Of a DNA stretch of 64,000 nucleotides, positions 1 through 12,405 are shown in pieces. The stretch is from the human T2T-CHM13v2.0 reference genome, Homo sapiens. The position numbers were made by a program, and so were the translations under genes. Every line of letters starts with the position of its first letter. The stretch's first letter is position 1. Where the stretch lies: the NCBI RefSeq assembly GCF_009914755.1, contig NC_060930.1; one strand, given 5' to 3'. Below the pieces are notes generated by a model, which worked only from the letters and a program-made list of their open reading frames with translations, searched no databases and had not been told where the DNA came from.

Positions 1-357
1 ACACACACCTGGCCAGGTTGCGACAGCACGTGGGCTTAGCTACAACTCCCCAGCTTCCAGAAGCAGGAAAAGGCCAGGGAGTTTGAGCAGGTACTTCTGA
101 GTCTGCAAGGGCAGGGGCTTGCTGAGCCCCTGAGAGCACAGGGATTCCTGGGACTGGAGCTGTGGCTGGGTGGGTTGCACCTGCACCCTGGAACATGGGC
201 TCCTGCCCTGGCAACTGAGTAGGGCACAGAGCTCCCACTGAGATCCCTGTTCCCGGCTCCCACCAGCTCCACAGAGCACTCACCTCTGGACGCAACTCCC
301 TCTGCTGCAGCTGGCATCCCCACAGCGGCCACTCCAGGTGGTCCACTGCCACCATCA
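1..357 (-). mobile_element. MER52-family ERV1 LTR, 5' part (continues beyond window start)
   Basis: The reverse complement starts TGATGGTGGCAGTGGACCACCTGGAGTGGCCGCTGTGGGGATGCCAGCTGCAGC, matching the MER52 5' end with CpG decay. Confidence 0.85.
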
Positions 358-982
358 CAAGTTAAGCAGATTTGGGGTGCAGTCACAAAAGCTAAAACAG
401 AAAAGGCAATTGAAGTTTGCCTGAGGTGATACGGCAGCCTGTAGAGCTCTACTCAACCTACGACCATGCTGTAAGGTCGCTCTGTAGCCTATTCATGGAG
501 GGTCAGCAAATATCTCCAGATTCCATTTCCATGCCCTTTCTCTGCCCTGGGATCAGCCCTGATGTCATATGTCTGAATTTTCTTTTAGCTCCCAATCTTA
601 TTTCACCCCATTTCATCTCCATATTCTGCATTCCAATAGTCTATCCTGCCCATGACAGCACCATGAACTGAGAAAATAAGCACAGCTTTATTATCTAGGG
701 TCTGGCTTGTCTGTGATGAACGTCCAGACAAGGAATCAGAGAACACTTTAGCTGGCACACTACACCCAACCATTTTAAGCTACAGTCTGTGTCTCCATAA
801 TAGTGTGTAGAAAATATTCCAAGCCACAAACTATGTGTTTTTCAGAGTAGATAATAGGTAATACATAAATTGAAAATGTGAATATATCTTCCCATTGCAA
901 CAGGTTCAGCAGATCCTGTAGATACTTTGGGATGATAAGTAGCATAATTACCAATTTAAAACACACCGTCAGTAGTTAGTCT

Positions 983-1510
983 TGTTAAATCAAACATTGA
1001 ACTGGGCCAGATTAAACAAAGAAGACTTCAACGCTATTGCAAGAGAGAAGACGGACAAAAACAAAGTCTGAATTCTACTTAGCCAACACAAATGGTGGGA
1101 GTGTATTTATATTCTAGGGGAAGAGAGCGATCATCGGTCATCTGTGTTGCTAATTGGCCTTACCTAAAGGAAACGTAAACTTTCTCATCATTATGACCTG
1201 AGATCATTTTCCATCTTGGAGCAAGATGTGCACTGGAGTTAGGCACCACAGAGACTGGAAGATAGGGAATGATCTTAAGGATTATATTTCAAAGAGATGG
1301 CTCCCAGGTGCTTGAGAAATACATTTCTGGGCTGTCAAACTGGCCAGAGGCTTTTAAAACTATTTACATCAAAGGGGCAGAGAAATAATTTGCAATTACA
1401 AGTTTTCTGAAGAAATGTTCTAAGAAAAGGGAGGTCAGGAACCTAGAGTCAGAAAGAAGTCTGTATGAAGTTTAGTCATGCTGAGAGAAATGCTAAAGCT
1501 ACCTTAACCA
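983..1510 (-). mobile_element. MER67-like solo LTR (ERV1, MER4 group)
   Basis: TG...CA termini and a perfect 4-bp TSD GTCT (979-982 / 1511-1514). The reverse complement contains CTGACCTCCCTTTTCTTAGAACATTTC, typical of MER67. Confidence 0.75.
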
Positions 1511-1595
1511 GTCTCATTTGCTGGTACTTTAGTTCTCTGAGAAGCTCTTTAATTTCTAGAACTTGTTGATTTTCATACTCAAAATATTCTCCAAT

Positions 1596-2087
1596 TGCCG
1601 AGACCAGCTCGGTGGCAGAGACCCTAACCCAGCGGCGCTAGAGCAATTAAAGACACACACACAGAAATATAGGGTGTGGAGTGGGAAACCAGGGGTCTTA
1701 CCACCTTCAGAGCAGAGAGCCTCAAACAGAGATTTACCCACATATTTATTGACAGCAAGCCAGTCATAAGATTTACTAAAAGTATTCCTTAGAGGAAATA
1801 AAGGGATGGGCCGAAATAAAGGGTTGGGCTCTGACTAGTTATCTGCAGCATGAACATGTCCTTAAGGCACAGATCCCTCATGCTATTGTTTGTGATTTAA
1901 GAATGCCTTAAGCGGTTTTCTGCCCTGGGTGGGCCAGGTGTTCCTTGCCCTCATTCCAGTAAACCCACAACCTTCCAGCGTGGGACAGTCAAGGCTGTCA
2001 TGAGCATGTCACAGTGCTGCAGAAATTTTGCTTAAGGCCAGTTTTGGGGCCAGTTTATGGCCAGATTTTGGGGGCCTGTTCCCAACA
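1596..2087 (-). mobile_element. MER9 solo LTR (HERV-K9/HML-3)
   Basis: The reverse complement starts TGTTGGGAACAGGCCCCCAAAATCTGGCCATAAACTGGCCCCAAAACTGGCC. It has a 6-bp TSD TCCAAT/TCCGAT. Confidence 0.92.
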
Positions 2088-2149
2088 TCCGATGGCCTCA
2101 AAGTTCATATCAAATTATTTCCAGGACATTTTTATGACACTTAGGATAT

Positions 2150-2502
2150 AACTCACTTTTCCAGCCACACTGGCCACCTCTCCTTTTCCTTCGACATGCC
2201 ATGCACTGACTCAAACAGTTGCTTTCCCTCTGCCTAGAAATGTTCTTCCTCCAGAAAGCCCCAGAACTCATATTCTTACTTTATTTGGCTTCGCTTCCTG
2301 AAAGAGGTCTTCCCTGGCTTACTTTTTGTTAGTATGCATCCTTCAATGTCTATTCTCTTATATTGTTTATTTTCTTGCTCCTCCACTAGAAGGCAAATTT
2401 CATTAGGGCAGGGACATACTTTTGTCACTATATCTCCAGCATCTAGAACAATGTCTAGAAAATAATCTAAGTTCCCCAAAATATCTGTTTTATGAATAAA
2501 TG
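2150..2502 (+). mobile_element. L2 3' end fragment
   Basis: CCAGCCACACTGGCC...TTTCCCTCTGCCTAGAAATGTTCTTCC...TGAATAAATG matches the L2a terminal pattern. Confidence 0.7.
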
Positions 2503-2785
2503 GGAGAGTGAAACTGGAGGGTAGTAAAGGGAATAATAGGATCAAGGATAACAACTAGCATTTGGCTGAAATAACTGGATATTGGTGATACTTTTTCTTG
2601 AAATGGGATGGAGACATTACTAAGAGTGATAGCATGGAAAAGAGTCAGGGAGGCAATTAGTTTGGTGTATGATATATTGAGTTTGACCTTCAAGAGGTAA
2701 ATCCAGTTGGAATTCTCTTTCAGTGGTTAGTATGAGTCTGAGGCTTAGAGAAAGACAGTGCTGGAGATAAAGATTTCATACTCAT

Positions 2786-2846
2786 TTTCCCTCCAGGGGC
2801 TGTGGAAAAAAAATAGAAAAAAGTAAAAAATATTCAAAAATGTTAA
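2786..2846 (+). mobile_element. Micro retro-insertion: 20-nt body plus A-rich tail between 17-bp TSDs
   Basis: AAAGATTTCATACTCAT at 2769-2785 and 2847-2863 flanks TTTCCCTCCAGGGGCTGTGG and a decayed poly(A). Confidence 0.7.
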
Positions 2847-3057
2847 AAAGATTTCATACTCATGATCATCAAGTTGGTGGTTAGGTAATACTCATGATCA
2901 TCAGGTTGTGGTTGGTTAATTTATATTTTCGTGAGAGAAGAAAAATTAACAAATGTGTAATATAATGTCAAGTATTAACAATTAGGTTGTTTTTTAAAGG
3001 AAATGCTATAAGGGAATAGAAATTCAAGGTGGCATACTAACATAAAAAGCAAGTCAG

Positions 3058-3381
3058 GGCCAGGTGCGGTGGCTCATGCCTGTAATCCCAGCACTTAGGG
3101 AGGCTGAGGCGGGTGATCTCCTGAGGTCAGGAGTTTTAGACCAGCCTGGCCAACAATGGCGAAACCCAGTCTCTACTAAAAATTCCAAAATTAGGCGGGT
3201 GTGCTAGTGCATGCCTGTAATCCTAGCTACTTCAGGAGGCTGAGGCAGGAGAATTGCCTGAACCCAGGAGGCGGAGGTTGCAGTGAGTCAAGACCTTGTC
3301 ATTGCACTCCAGCCTTGGTGAAAGAACGAGACTCCATCTCAAAAAAAAAAATTAAAAAAAATAAAAATAAAAAATAAAAAT
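3058..3381 (+). mobile_element. AluS (Sx-like)
   Basis: Full dimeric Alu with an A-rich tail and TSD AAAGCAAGTCAG (3046-3057 / 3382-3393). Confidence 0.95.
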
Positions 3382-4170
3382 AAAGCAAGTCAGGGAAGAC
3401 TTCTTTAAGGAAGCAATACCAAATAAAATAAGAGTGTGAGCTCTGGGAATTTCTGGAGGAAGAACATTCCAGGAAGAGGGAATAACAAGTGCTAAAGCTG
3501 TGTTTGGCATTTTGGAGGAAGAACAGAGATGGCTACAGGTGAATAGGGATGAAATAACCCTAATTTTACAATATGTACAATTACAGACACAGATTGATTT
3601 ACAGAACTTCAGGAAACACTGACATATAAGGACTAGGCAGAGAAAGAGAATCAATGCACAGATTTTATAAGACTTCAGTCTCAACTGCAGAACATGAAGA
3701 ACAGATAAATAGATTCACCAAGGCAGATATCTAGAGAGTTACTTAGCTAGAAAATAAATGCTATAGATAGCTCAATTTAATATCTAATATTATACCTGAT
3801 TTTCTTCCTGAGAAAACTACACTGAGTATATCTCATTTCACTTAAATTGGTGACACTAAAAATAATGGGAAAAAGCAGCACCAACTAGTTAGCATGATCC
3901 TAAATAAGGAATTCTCTTAAATATAAAATTCTAGAGCATAAGAAATTGTTAAATATGCTTAAATTTAGTATAAAGTATATCTGAGATAAGATAAATATGT
4001 TAATTCAAAAATATTCAAGGATATTCAAGTAATAAAATTTCAAGCCCACAGAACCATTGAACATAATCCCAAAATCCCAGTGAATGTTAGAGAAAAATAG
4101 CCCTACTTTTTATTTTGGACTGAACTTTTCAAATGAAAGTACATGAAACCAAACAAATTACTTTATTGGA

Positions 4171-4270
4171 ATATATATATACATATATATACACACACAT
4201 ACACATACACACAGACACACACACACACAAATGTGTGTGTGTGTGTATATATATGTTTATATATATATAA
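4171..4270. repeat. Compound (AT)n(CA)n-(TG)n(TA)n microsatellite, quasi-palindromic
   Basis: Read directly from the sequence. Confidence 0.9.
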
Positions 4271-4442
4271 ATTTTACCAGTGTGCCTAAGACTGAAAGCA
4301 GGAATATTCCTCAATTATGCAGAGAGAGTAAGAAAAAAAAGATCAAATTTTTTTTAGCTCAGACTGTAGCATATTTTACAATTGCAATCGGCAACCAGGG
4401 TTGTATTGGGAATGTGCTGGCCTGGCTGGGTCCACTTTAAAG

Positions 4443-4700
4443 CAGTTTTTTCCCCAAATGAGAATCTATTCCCATGAGATTCCCTTCAAACTAAAAAGTG
4501 TTTACGACTAAATATGTTTTGAGAACACTTCAGACTATTTTTCTTTTATATATTTACCATGCACTTTTATTTATCAAGGACTCTGCAAAGTCATATGGTA
4601 AAGAAACCTTTTAAACTTTATATTAATGTTTCCAATTTTTCCCCACCTCCCTCCAATATTTTAAAAGACCATTTTTCTTTATTTTATAGGTACCATTAAT
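4443..4700. mobile_element. Possible MER112/MER113-like hAT-Charlie relic
   Basis: AAGGACTCTGCAAAGTCATATGGTAAAGAAACCTTTTAAACTTTA resembles the recalled MER112/113 core. Confidence 0.35.
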
Positions 4701-5554
4701 TACACTGAAGCCTACTGTTAATGGCAGCATTAACTACTGCTCTGTGGAACAGGTTCCGAGGGCAGATTCCCAGAAAGGAGAATTTAAATTTTGCCTGAAT
4801 CTTGTCTAAGGGAAGCATAAGTTTCAAAACAACCATACGACCTCATCATATGGATTAGTCACGACATTTAAAAAATTTCTATTCAACATTTATAATTTTC
4901 AATATCTTAAATGTTACTACAAATAATAATAACACTGCTATGAAAAATAGCATTTTCTTTTTTTTAGAAAAAGTAAGGTTTATTTTAGGCTCTATTGATC
5001 CTAAGTTGGAAAAAGGGGTCTCTAATTAAAGTTCCACAGGACTACATGCCCAGAAGCATTTTAATCAGCAATTTAATGACTAGGGAATTGGAAGAACACA
5101 GATCTATTTCCACCTCCACAATTTACATGCTATGACATTACATCTAACCCTCTAAATCTATAGCTCTCATGCCAAGACAATATTTCTCATCAGTCAAGTC
5201 ACAATGATAACAATGGCCATTCTTTCCAGTGAGCACTGAAGTTTAAGAGTAAGAGATAGCAGTGAACAAAAATTGTTCTAATCAGCATAGCATTTTGTAA
5301 TAGCTAATCTTATTTGTTCATGTCCTTTGAAAATTGCTGTTTCTGACTAACTCCTAGTAATAGACTAGTGATATGAATCTGCATTTATTTAACATTTATG
5401 TTTGTTCCTTTTCTTGGAAAAACATATAGAATCTTGCTGTGATTTGATTCTCTCCGTGTCTCATATTCATCTACTAAATATTTCATTTTCCTTGAGGACC
5501 TTCTGCCCCCCAAAAAGTCCATTTCTTTTAAACATAAATTAGACAATTTCCTAA

Positions 5555-5899
<345 letters not shown>

Positions 5900-6054
5900 C
5901 ACAGCAACATTTTTTAAAACACTTACTTCTCATTGAAAGGAAATTAGAGTCAGTAAGTGAGGAATGAATGAGCCTTTATGAATGCTGACTAAACTCAAAT
6001 ACCAAGGAGTTCATGGACATAGAAACATCTTATTCTTCCTGGTAAGCTTTCAAT

Positions 6055-6670
6055 ATCTCTACATCTTCAGACTCTAGATTCACATGTTCAGCTGATAACT
6101 GGTATTTCCATTTGAATGCCTAGTAGCCATTTCAAACATGATTAAGTCTAAAACTGAACCTCTAAGCTTTACCTCAAAATCTATGGCATCTAAAACCTTA
6201 CTTGTGTTACTAAATGACAAATTCCTGCCATTTGCTCAGGCTGAAAACTTTGAAGTTCTCCTGGATTCCACATTTATTCATTTAGGCAATACTCTTGGTT
6301 CTATCTTCAGAGTACAACCACTTCTCCCCATTTTCACTGCTGGTCCAAGCCATGGTCGTCGCTAGCTGGGATTATGACAATAATTTTGTCTCCTAACCCA
6401 TCTCCCTGTTTCCGCCCCAGGCCTCCTTCAGAACACTCTCAACAGAGGAGTGAGGATGACCTCCGACATCATATATTTTCACTTCTCTACTCAAAACCAC
6501 CCAGTGTTTCCCGGCTATCACTCAGACGTGCTTTGCTGTCAGGGCCCTTGCACTTGCCATTTCTTCTTATTGGAGTTCTCCTCCCAGGCATTGGCAGAAC
6601 TTCCTTCCTCATCTCTTCCAGGCATTTACTCAGATGCCACATTTTCATTGTGGCACTCCTGACACTGAAT
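6055..6670 (+). mobile_element. L2 fragment
   Basis: L2 motifs: TTTCAAACATG..TCTAAAACTGAAC, TTGCTCAGGCTGAAAACTTTGAAGTT and ACCACTTCTCCCCAT. Confidence 0.7.
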
Positions 6671-7866
6671 CAGTCCTTGAAGTGGCAAGGCATGTATCAA
6701 TAGCCTTTGTTAAAATCCCTGGAATTACTTTATACTCTCTAGGTTCTCAATCCATTGATCATTGGAAGAGGCACTATAAATGTTTACATATAAAGTGATA
6801 TTTTTTACAAATCTTCAAAAGAGTAGCAACATAAGAACCACATTGTTTAATGTGAGAATGAATGTTTCCTCCAATTAAAGCTTTGGTTGTTGGGGGAACT
6901 CTTTATAGCTAAAAAGCCTTTATTACTTGGGGTAAAAAAAAATCCATCAGGAGTAAAAATGGCTTTTTTAAAAAATTAATTTGACCCTACAAAGTCAATA
7001 ATCCTTTCAAATAGTGATTATTTAAGCCGAATATCAGTATTTTGTTTACATATGCTATTAGATGTCACTGAAATTTAAGAAATGGGTATTATTTCCTCAT
7101 ATAATTTTTCAAACTTTATTTAAATATTAATAGTACATATCTATGACCATCAGTATAGAAAGTAACATATCCTCAAAAACCATCTCCAACGGAGCTAATG
7201 AATTTGAAATAAAATTAGGTGTAGAAATGATCTGCTTTTCTCCATGGTGGCAGCAGCCAAAACTAATCCACAGATACCTTAAAATAAAAACACGAGCTGG
7301 AAATAGATTAGTACAGAACATTATATTCTTTTTCTTCTTTTTCTTTAAATTTGTTTCCAGAGAAATATTGGTAAAACATGAACATTATATCCTTAACAAA
7401 GGAAAATTGAGTGTTGATAAGAACAGGGTAAATATGAAGATAATAAGAAAATAAAGTTAATATCTTTCTACAAACACCGTTTGGCAAGGTTTCATAGGAC
7501 AAAAAGGATAAAATGAGTAGGCCAAGCTGCATAGGTTGACATAGAGAAAGTTAACCAAAAAAAGTAATGCAAGTTTGAGTTTACCGCAAACAAACTAAAA
7601 CAAAATTATCTCTCTGTATTCATGATACAGGACACTGAACAGCTACAAAACTAAAAGATAATCAGCATTCAGGAGGAATCAGTAGCCCTGAAACAATATT
7701 TGATGCAGTGCTGTAAGATGGCACTTGCCATGGTTCCTGCTCTTTCTCTAAATACGTAGTTTTTCATGGATTCTAAAATCATGGATTTTTTTTTTTAATT
7801 ATCCTTAGTAGTATATCCTTAGTATAATTTCAGTGATAATCACTAAACAGGTTTTCGCAATTCTCC

Positions 7867-8185
7867 TTTTTTTTTTTTTTTTTTTTTGGAGACAGAGTCT
7901 TGCTCTGTCGCCCAGACTAGAAGGCAGTTGTGTGACTAGAAGGCAGTTGTGTGATCTTGGCTCACTGCAACCTCCGCCTCCCTGGTTCAAGCGATTCTCC
8001 TGCCTCAGCCTCCTGAGTAGCTGGGATTACAGGCGCCCGCCACCAAGCCCGGCTAATTTTTGTATTTTTAGTAGAGACGAGGTTTCACCATGTTAGCCAG
8101 GCTGGTCTCGAACTCCGGACCTCATGATCCACCTGCTTTGGCCTCCCAAAGTGCTGGGTACAGGCGTGAGCCATCGCACCCGGCC
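7867..8185 (-). mobile_element. AluS (Sg/Sc-like) with a 19-bp internal tandem duplication
   Basis: Full Alu with GACTAGAAGGCAGTTGTGT present twice at 7915-7952. Confidence 0.93.
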
Positions 8186-8449
8186 TTTTTTTTTTTTTTT
8201 TTAATGGCTAATACATTTAGAAACTCATCCCCATATTGTTCCTGCCATTTGGACTAGCAGAAGTGTCACCTCTGGCATTTTGCAATATAAACATTTTTTA
8301 CTTTGTTTATAAGCATTGTTTATAAGCACAAGAATTTTAAACAGACTTATGCAAGCTATAATGTAAATTATTCAGGTAAAGAACTCCCTTAGATTAATTT
8401 AATTCTTTGTTCAAGGATCCAAAGAGAACAGTGGAACTGAGTGACAGAT

Positions 8450-8945
8450 ATGGGATGGGTTACCCTGATCATTCAAAGTTCCCTTCCTCCTTACACTCCT
8501 CTACTACCCACACCAGAAAACCATAATACTCACTAGTCTGGATGGTTTTACTTCTAGGACATGTAATCCAGTTCTGGGCAATGAAATAGAAAAGAAAGAT
8601 ACGTGGGTGGGGTTCCAGAAGAGATCTCTTCAAGGGCTGGTTTAGCTAGAATGTTGACTTCATTAATGTCATTTGTGATTTTTGCCTTCTCTTGTTTTCT
8701 CCTGCCTTGTACATGGACAAGATTGCTGGGAAACATAAGCTATCTTCCCACCCTGTGGAGAAAATAAATATAACTATAGAATATCTTTGAGCTGGAAGAT
8801 AAAAGGAGGCTGGGTCCTTTCATTGCTGTCATGCTACCTCCGGACTGGCTAAACCTAGACTTTTGTTACATAAAATAAACAAACATGTTAATCATTTCAG
8901 CTGATTTTAAGCAGATTTTAAATCATTTGCTATAGAAATATTTTC
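8450..8945 (+). mobile_element. LTR33-like ERVL LTR
   Basis: Contains CATGTAATCCAGTTCTGGGCAATGAAATA, TTCTCCTGCCTTG, GGCTGGGTCCTT and CTAGACTTTTGTTACAT. Confidence 0.6.
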
Positions 8946-9844
8946 TGATTGGTAGCTTACAACTGTTCTCATTTTCACTTGAATTTTATAAAATTATATT
9001 CTCCTGGATAAAGTTGTTTCTAAATATATTTTTGCAATAAAACATTTACTGATTTATTTAATGACATCTGATTTTACCAAATATAACTTGTCTCATTTTT
9101 AGTTTCTTTTTATGAGAAATTTCCCAAGTAGTTCAATTTTTTCAAGGTCAAATTTTGAACTGTGTACAGCTTTAGGCACAGCTGTTGTATTTCTCCCTCA
9201 TCTTGGTCAAGTCTAAATTTTCATTGGTTTACTAAAATTGTTTTTAATCTTTGACAATAAGGTTATTTCATCATTTATACTTTTTGTAGTTTTAGTCATT
9301 GCTGTTTGTTGTGTCAAAATAATTGAATATTGGTATTTCTTATGGTCTTAGGTATTTTAAATAATACTCATAAGGCACTTCAGAATTCAGTTACAATCCA
9401 AACATGAAAACTAGATGTAATTACTTTCTTTTACCCCTTATTTCATCAATTGCTGGTAATTTCACTTGTGGGAACTACTACATAAATAATATAAATAAAA
9501 GAACACATCTCATTTTACTAACAAATATGTTTTTAAATAGAACTTATATGAGGAAACAATTCCTTTATTTTTTTTGGTAAATTGAAAATCATGAATTTAG
9601 CCATGGGAGAGAAAGTAAACAAAGTAGGAAATGCTTTATTACAATTAAAAAAGAAAGTCATAAAACAACAGAAAATAAAACACAAGTAAATGCATCATTT
9701 TAAAAATACTTTTCTAAAACATGTTTTCTTAATTTCAAAATTCAATTATCATAAATTGAGAGTATTAGCATATATTATCTTTCCATTGTTTTTGGTAAAA
9801 AAAAATGTAAATGTTGAATCAGGTCTTTTGCTTTTGGGATACTA

Positions 9845-10165
9845 TGTAAGAATGCACTGGCTACAGTTACGTGAAAAAAAAAATCGATGAATCTCACACA
9901 CAATATACTGAGCAGAAAAAAAAAAAAGCCAGACATGATAGAGTATCTATATTAGAATTCAGATGAAGTTCTGTAACCAGCAAAGCTAGTCCATGGCAAC
10001 AGAAGTCAACATGGCAGTTGCCACTGGTGGTAAATATTAAATGGGAAAGAGCATAAAGAAACCTTTTAGGGTGCTGGACTTGACCTACAGTGTGATCTGG
10101 GATTATTGATAAATGAGCAAACATAAAAATTCAGCAAACTCTACACTTATGATTAGGGTACTTGA
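9845..10165 (+). mobile_element. Old L1M (L1ME/MB-like) 3' UTR fragment
   Basis: GATGAATCTCACA...ATACTGAGC...AAGCCAGACA and AGAAACCTTTTAGGGTGCTGG are L1M 3' UTR motifs. Confidence 0.65.
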
Positions 10166-10496
10166 CTTTTTATTTTTATTTTTATTTTTTTTATTTTTCG
10201 AGACAGGGTCTCACTCTGTCACTCAGACTGGAGTCCAGTGATGCAATCATAGCTCAACGCAATCTCAGACAAAAATGATCCTCCTGCCTCAGCCTCCTGA
10301 GTAGCTGGGACAACAGGCTCATGCCAACATGCCCAGGTTTTGTTTTTTTTTTTTTTTTTTTTTTTTTTCAATTTTTTGTAGATATGAGGTTTTGCTATGT
10401 TACCTAGGCTGGTTTCAAACTCCTGGTCTCAACTGATCCTCTCACCTTGGCGCTGCAAAGCACTAGGATTACAGGCATGCACCACTATGCTCAGTT
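10166..10496 (-). mobile_element. AluJ
   Basis: J-type diagnostics (GAGACAGGGTCTCACTC, ATCATAGCTCA, GATCCTCCTGCCTCAG); highly diverged. Confidence 0.9.
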
Positions 10497-10734
10497 TACT
10501 TTCCTGATTTTATGCAGGTCTTACTTCTATCTAAAATACAAAAAAAAAAAAACCTGGATCAATTTTGAAAAGTATTTTACTCATATCCCTGTACTTCCAT
10601 AAGAATTTTGTCTAAACTTTTGATTTTATTTCAAAATTAAGGGTTTTTCATATTTATGTCTGTGTTTCAACAATTTCTAAAGATTCACATGGAGAATGAA
10701 AAGTTGCTGACATTGTGTAGCTAAACCGGATTAG

Positions 10735-11108
<374 letters not shown>

Positions 11109-11314
11109 CCTATGCTTTTATAATGCTAAAAATGAGTTTGTCATCAAGAAGAAGCTGCATGTTAAAGGAGTCTGGAGTCATAAAGAATCAAGTCAAGATG
11201 AAAATATAATCAAATGATATATGGTTCTTTCAAAAGGCACTCAGAACAAATTTCAAGAGAAAGAACAGATTTAAATGATACAGAGCATAAGCATGTCAAC
11301 AATAGGGAAAGAAA

Positions 11315-11672
11315 TGTTAAAAGATAAACTGAGTTACCTCCAAATATTAAAGAGTTTATTTGAGCAGACAGCAATTCATGAATTGGGCAACTCCAGACCA
11401 CAAGGGGGTCAGAGACTCCACCAAAGGGGCATGAGGGGAAGACTTTTAAGGTGAATATGGAAGCAAGGAAAAGAAAATCTTTGATTGGCTAATACTGCAG
11501 TAAACTTATTTGCATCATGCCAGTGGGAGAATCCTTCGTAAAAGTTCATTGGTGGTTTCTGATTGCCCAAGAATATGACCTTCCACACTGAGTTGGGTTT
11601 GGTTTGCTTATGTAGAAACTCCAGGCACTGTAGCTTCCCCAGCCTAATGGCTTCCCAATTAATCTTTTAACA
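11315..11672 (-). mobile_element. MER93/MER57F-like solo LTR
   Basis: 11-bp inverted termini TGTTAAAAGAT...ATCTTTTAACA and TSD GAAA/GAAT. The reverse complement reads GGGAAGCCATTAGGCTG...ACATAAGCAAACCAAACCCAACTCAGTGT. Confidence 0.75.
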
Positions 11673-12104
11673 GAATCCTTACTTTCAGAGAAAAAAAAAT
11701 TAGTTAAAATATCTAGAACAGAAATCTTGAAAAAATGGGCAAACTCCATTGGCAAACCCATGCTTATGTGAAAAAAAAGTTCAAAGTAAACATTAAGAGA
11801 AGATGTATTAATGGTTAATAATAATCTAATTTTTTCTTTCTATAAATGTATTTTAATTTTGATATTTTATACTTTGAATACAAGCATTAGAAGTACGGTT
11901 GTTTCATTTCTCTCCAAAACACACATATTTTAAAGGCAAAAAATGGAACACAATTTTTTTCCCCATTTTCTTTACATCTAGGTGGCACCTGTGAACTGAC
12001 AAAATGTAGACTGAGTAGGTTTTTCCAGACCCTCATGTTTCAGGTTGGAGAAAGGCTACTCCCTTCATCTCCTCCATTTCCAAGACCAGAGCTTAAAGGT
12101 CAAC

Positions 12105-12300
12105 ATAATGGAAGGGAAAGGCAATGGAATTCTAATAAGAAAACCTAGAATGATGACCATATTTCATCTTTTACTGTGTGAATTTGGCCAAGCCATGTAA
12201 CCTCTCTGAGTCTCATTTATTTCAAATGTGTAATGTGGAGTGAATGGCAGGGAGATTGGGTACATCATATACAACAATGGTCTTTGTACTTTTCAAGCAT
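12105..12300 (+). mobile_element. MIR
   Basis: MIR core: TACTGTGTGAATTTGGCCAAGCCATGTAACCTCTCTGAGTCTCA. Confidence 0.7.
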
Positions 12301-12405
12301 TAGATTACTATCAAAATATAGACTATTACCAATGGGAGACAGGATTATGGGAGGTAAAACATGGCTTGCTTTCAAGACCATTGGATATGGAGACAAAGTA
12401 ATGTA

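Larger units (their letters stand above)
2555..3545 (-). mobile_element. Degraded L2 fragments hosting a micro-insertion and an Alu
   Basis: L2 antisense motifs are present: TGAGTTTGA...GCTGGAGATAAAGATTT and GAAGAACATTCCAGGAAGAGGGAATAACAAGTGC. Confidence 0.55.

Noticed and set aside
36-386. 116-aa GC-rich ORF
   Set aside because: It lies almost entirely within the MER52 LTR.
5040-5060. ACTACATGCCCAGAAGCA, resembling a ZNF143 site
   Set aside because: The spacing deviates from ACTACAnnTCCCA, and there is no promoter or CpG island context.
11975-11990. CTCF-like CATCTAGGTGGCAC (also near-matches at about 2383 and 63572)
   Set aside because: Mismatches at core positions; such matches are expected by chance.
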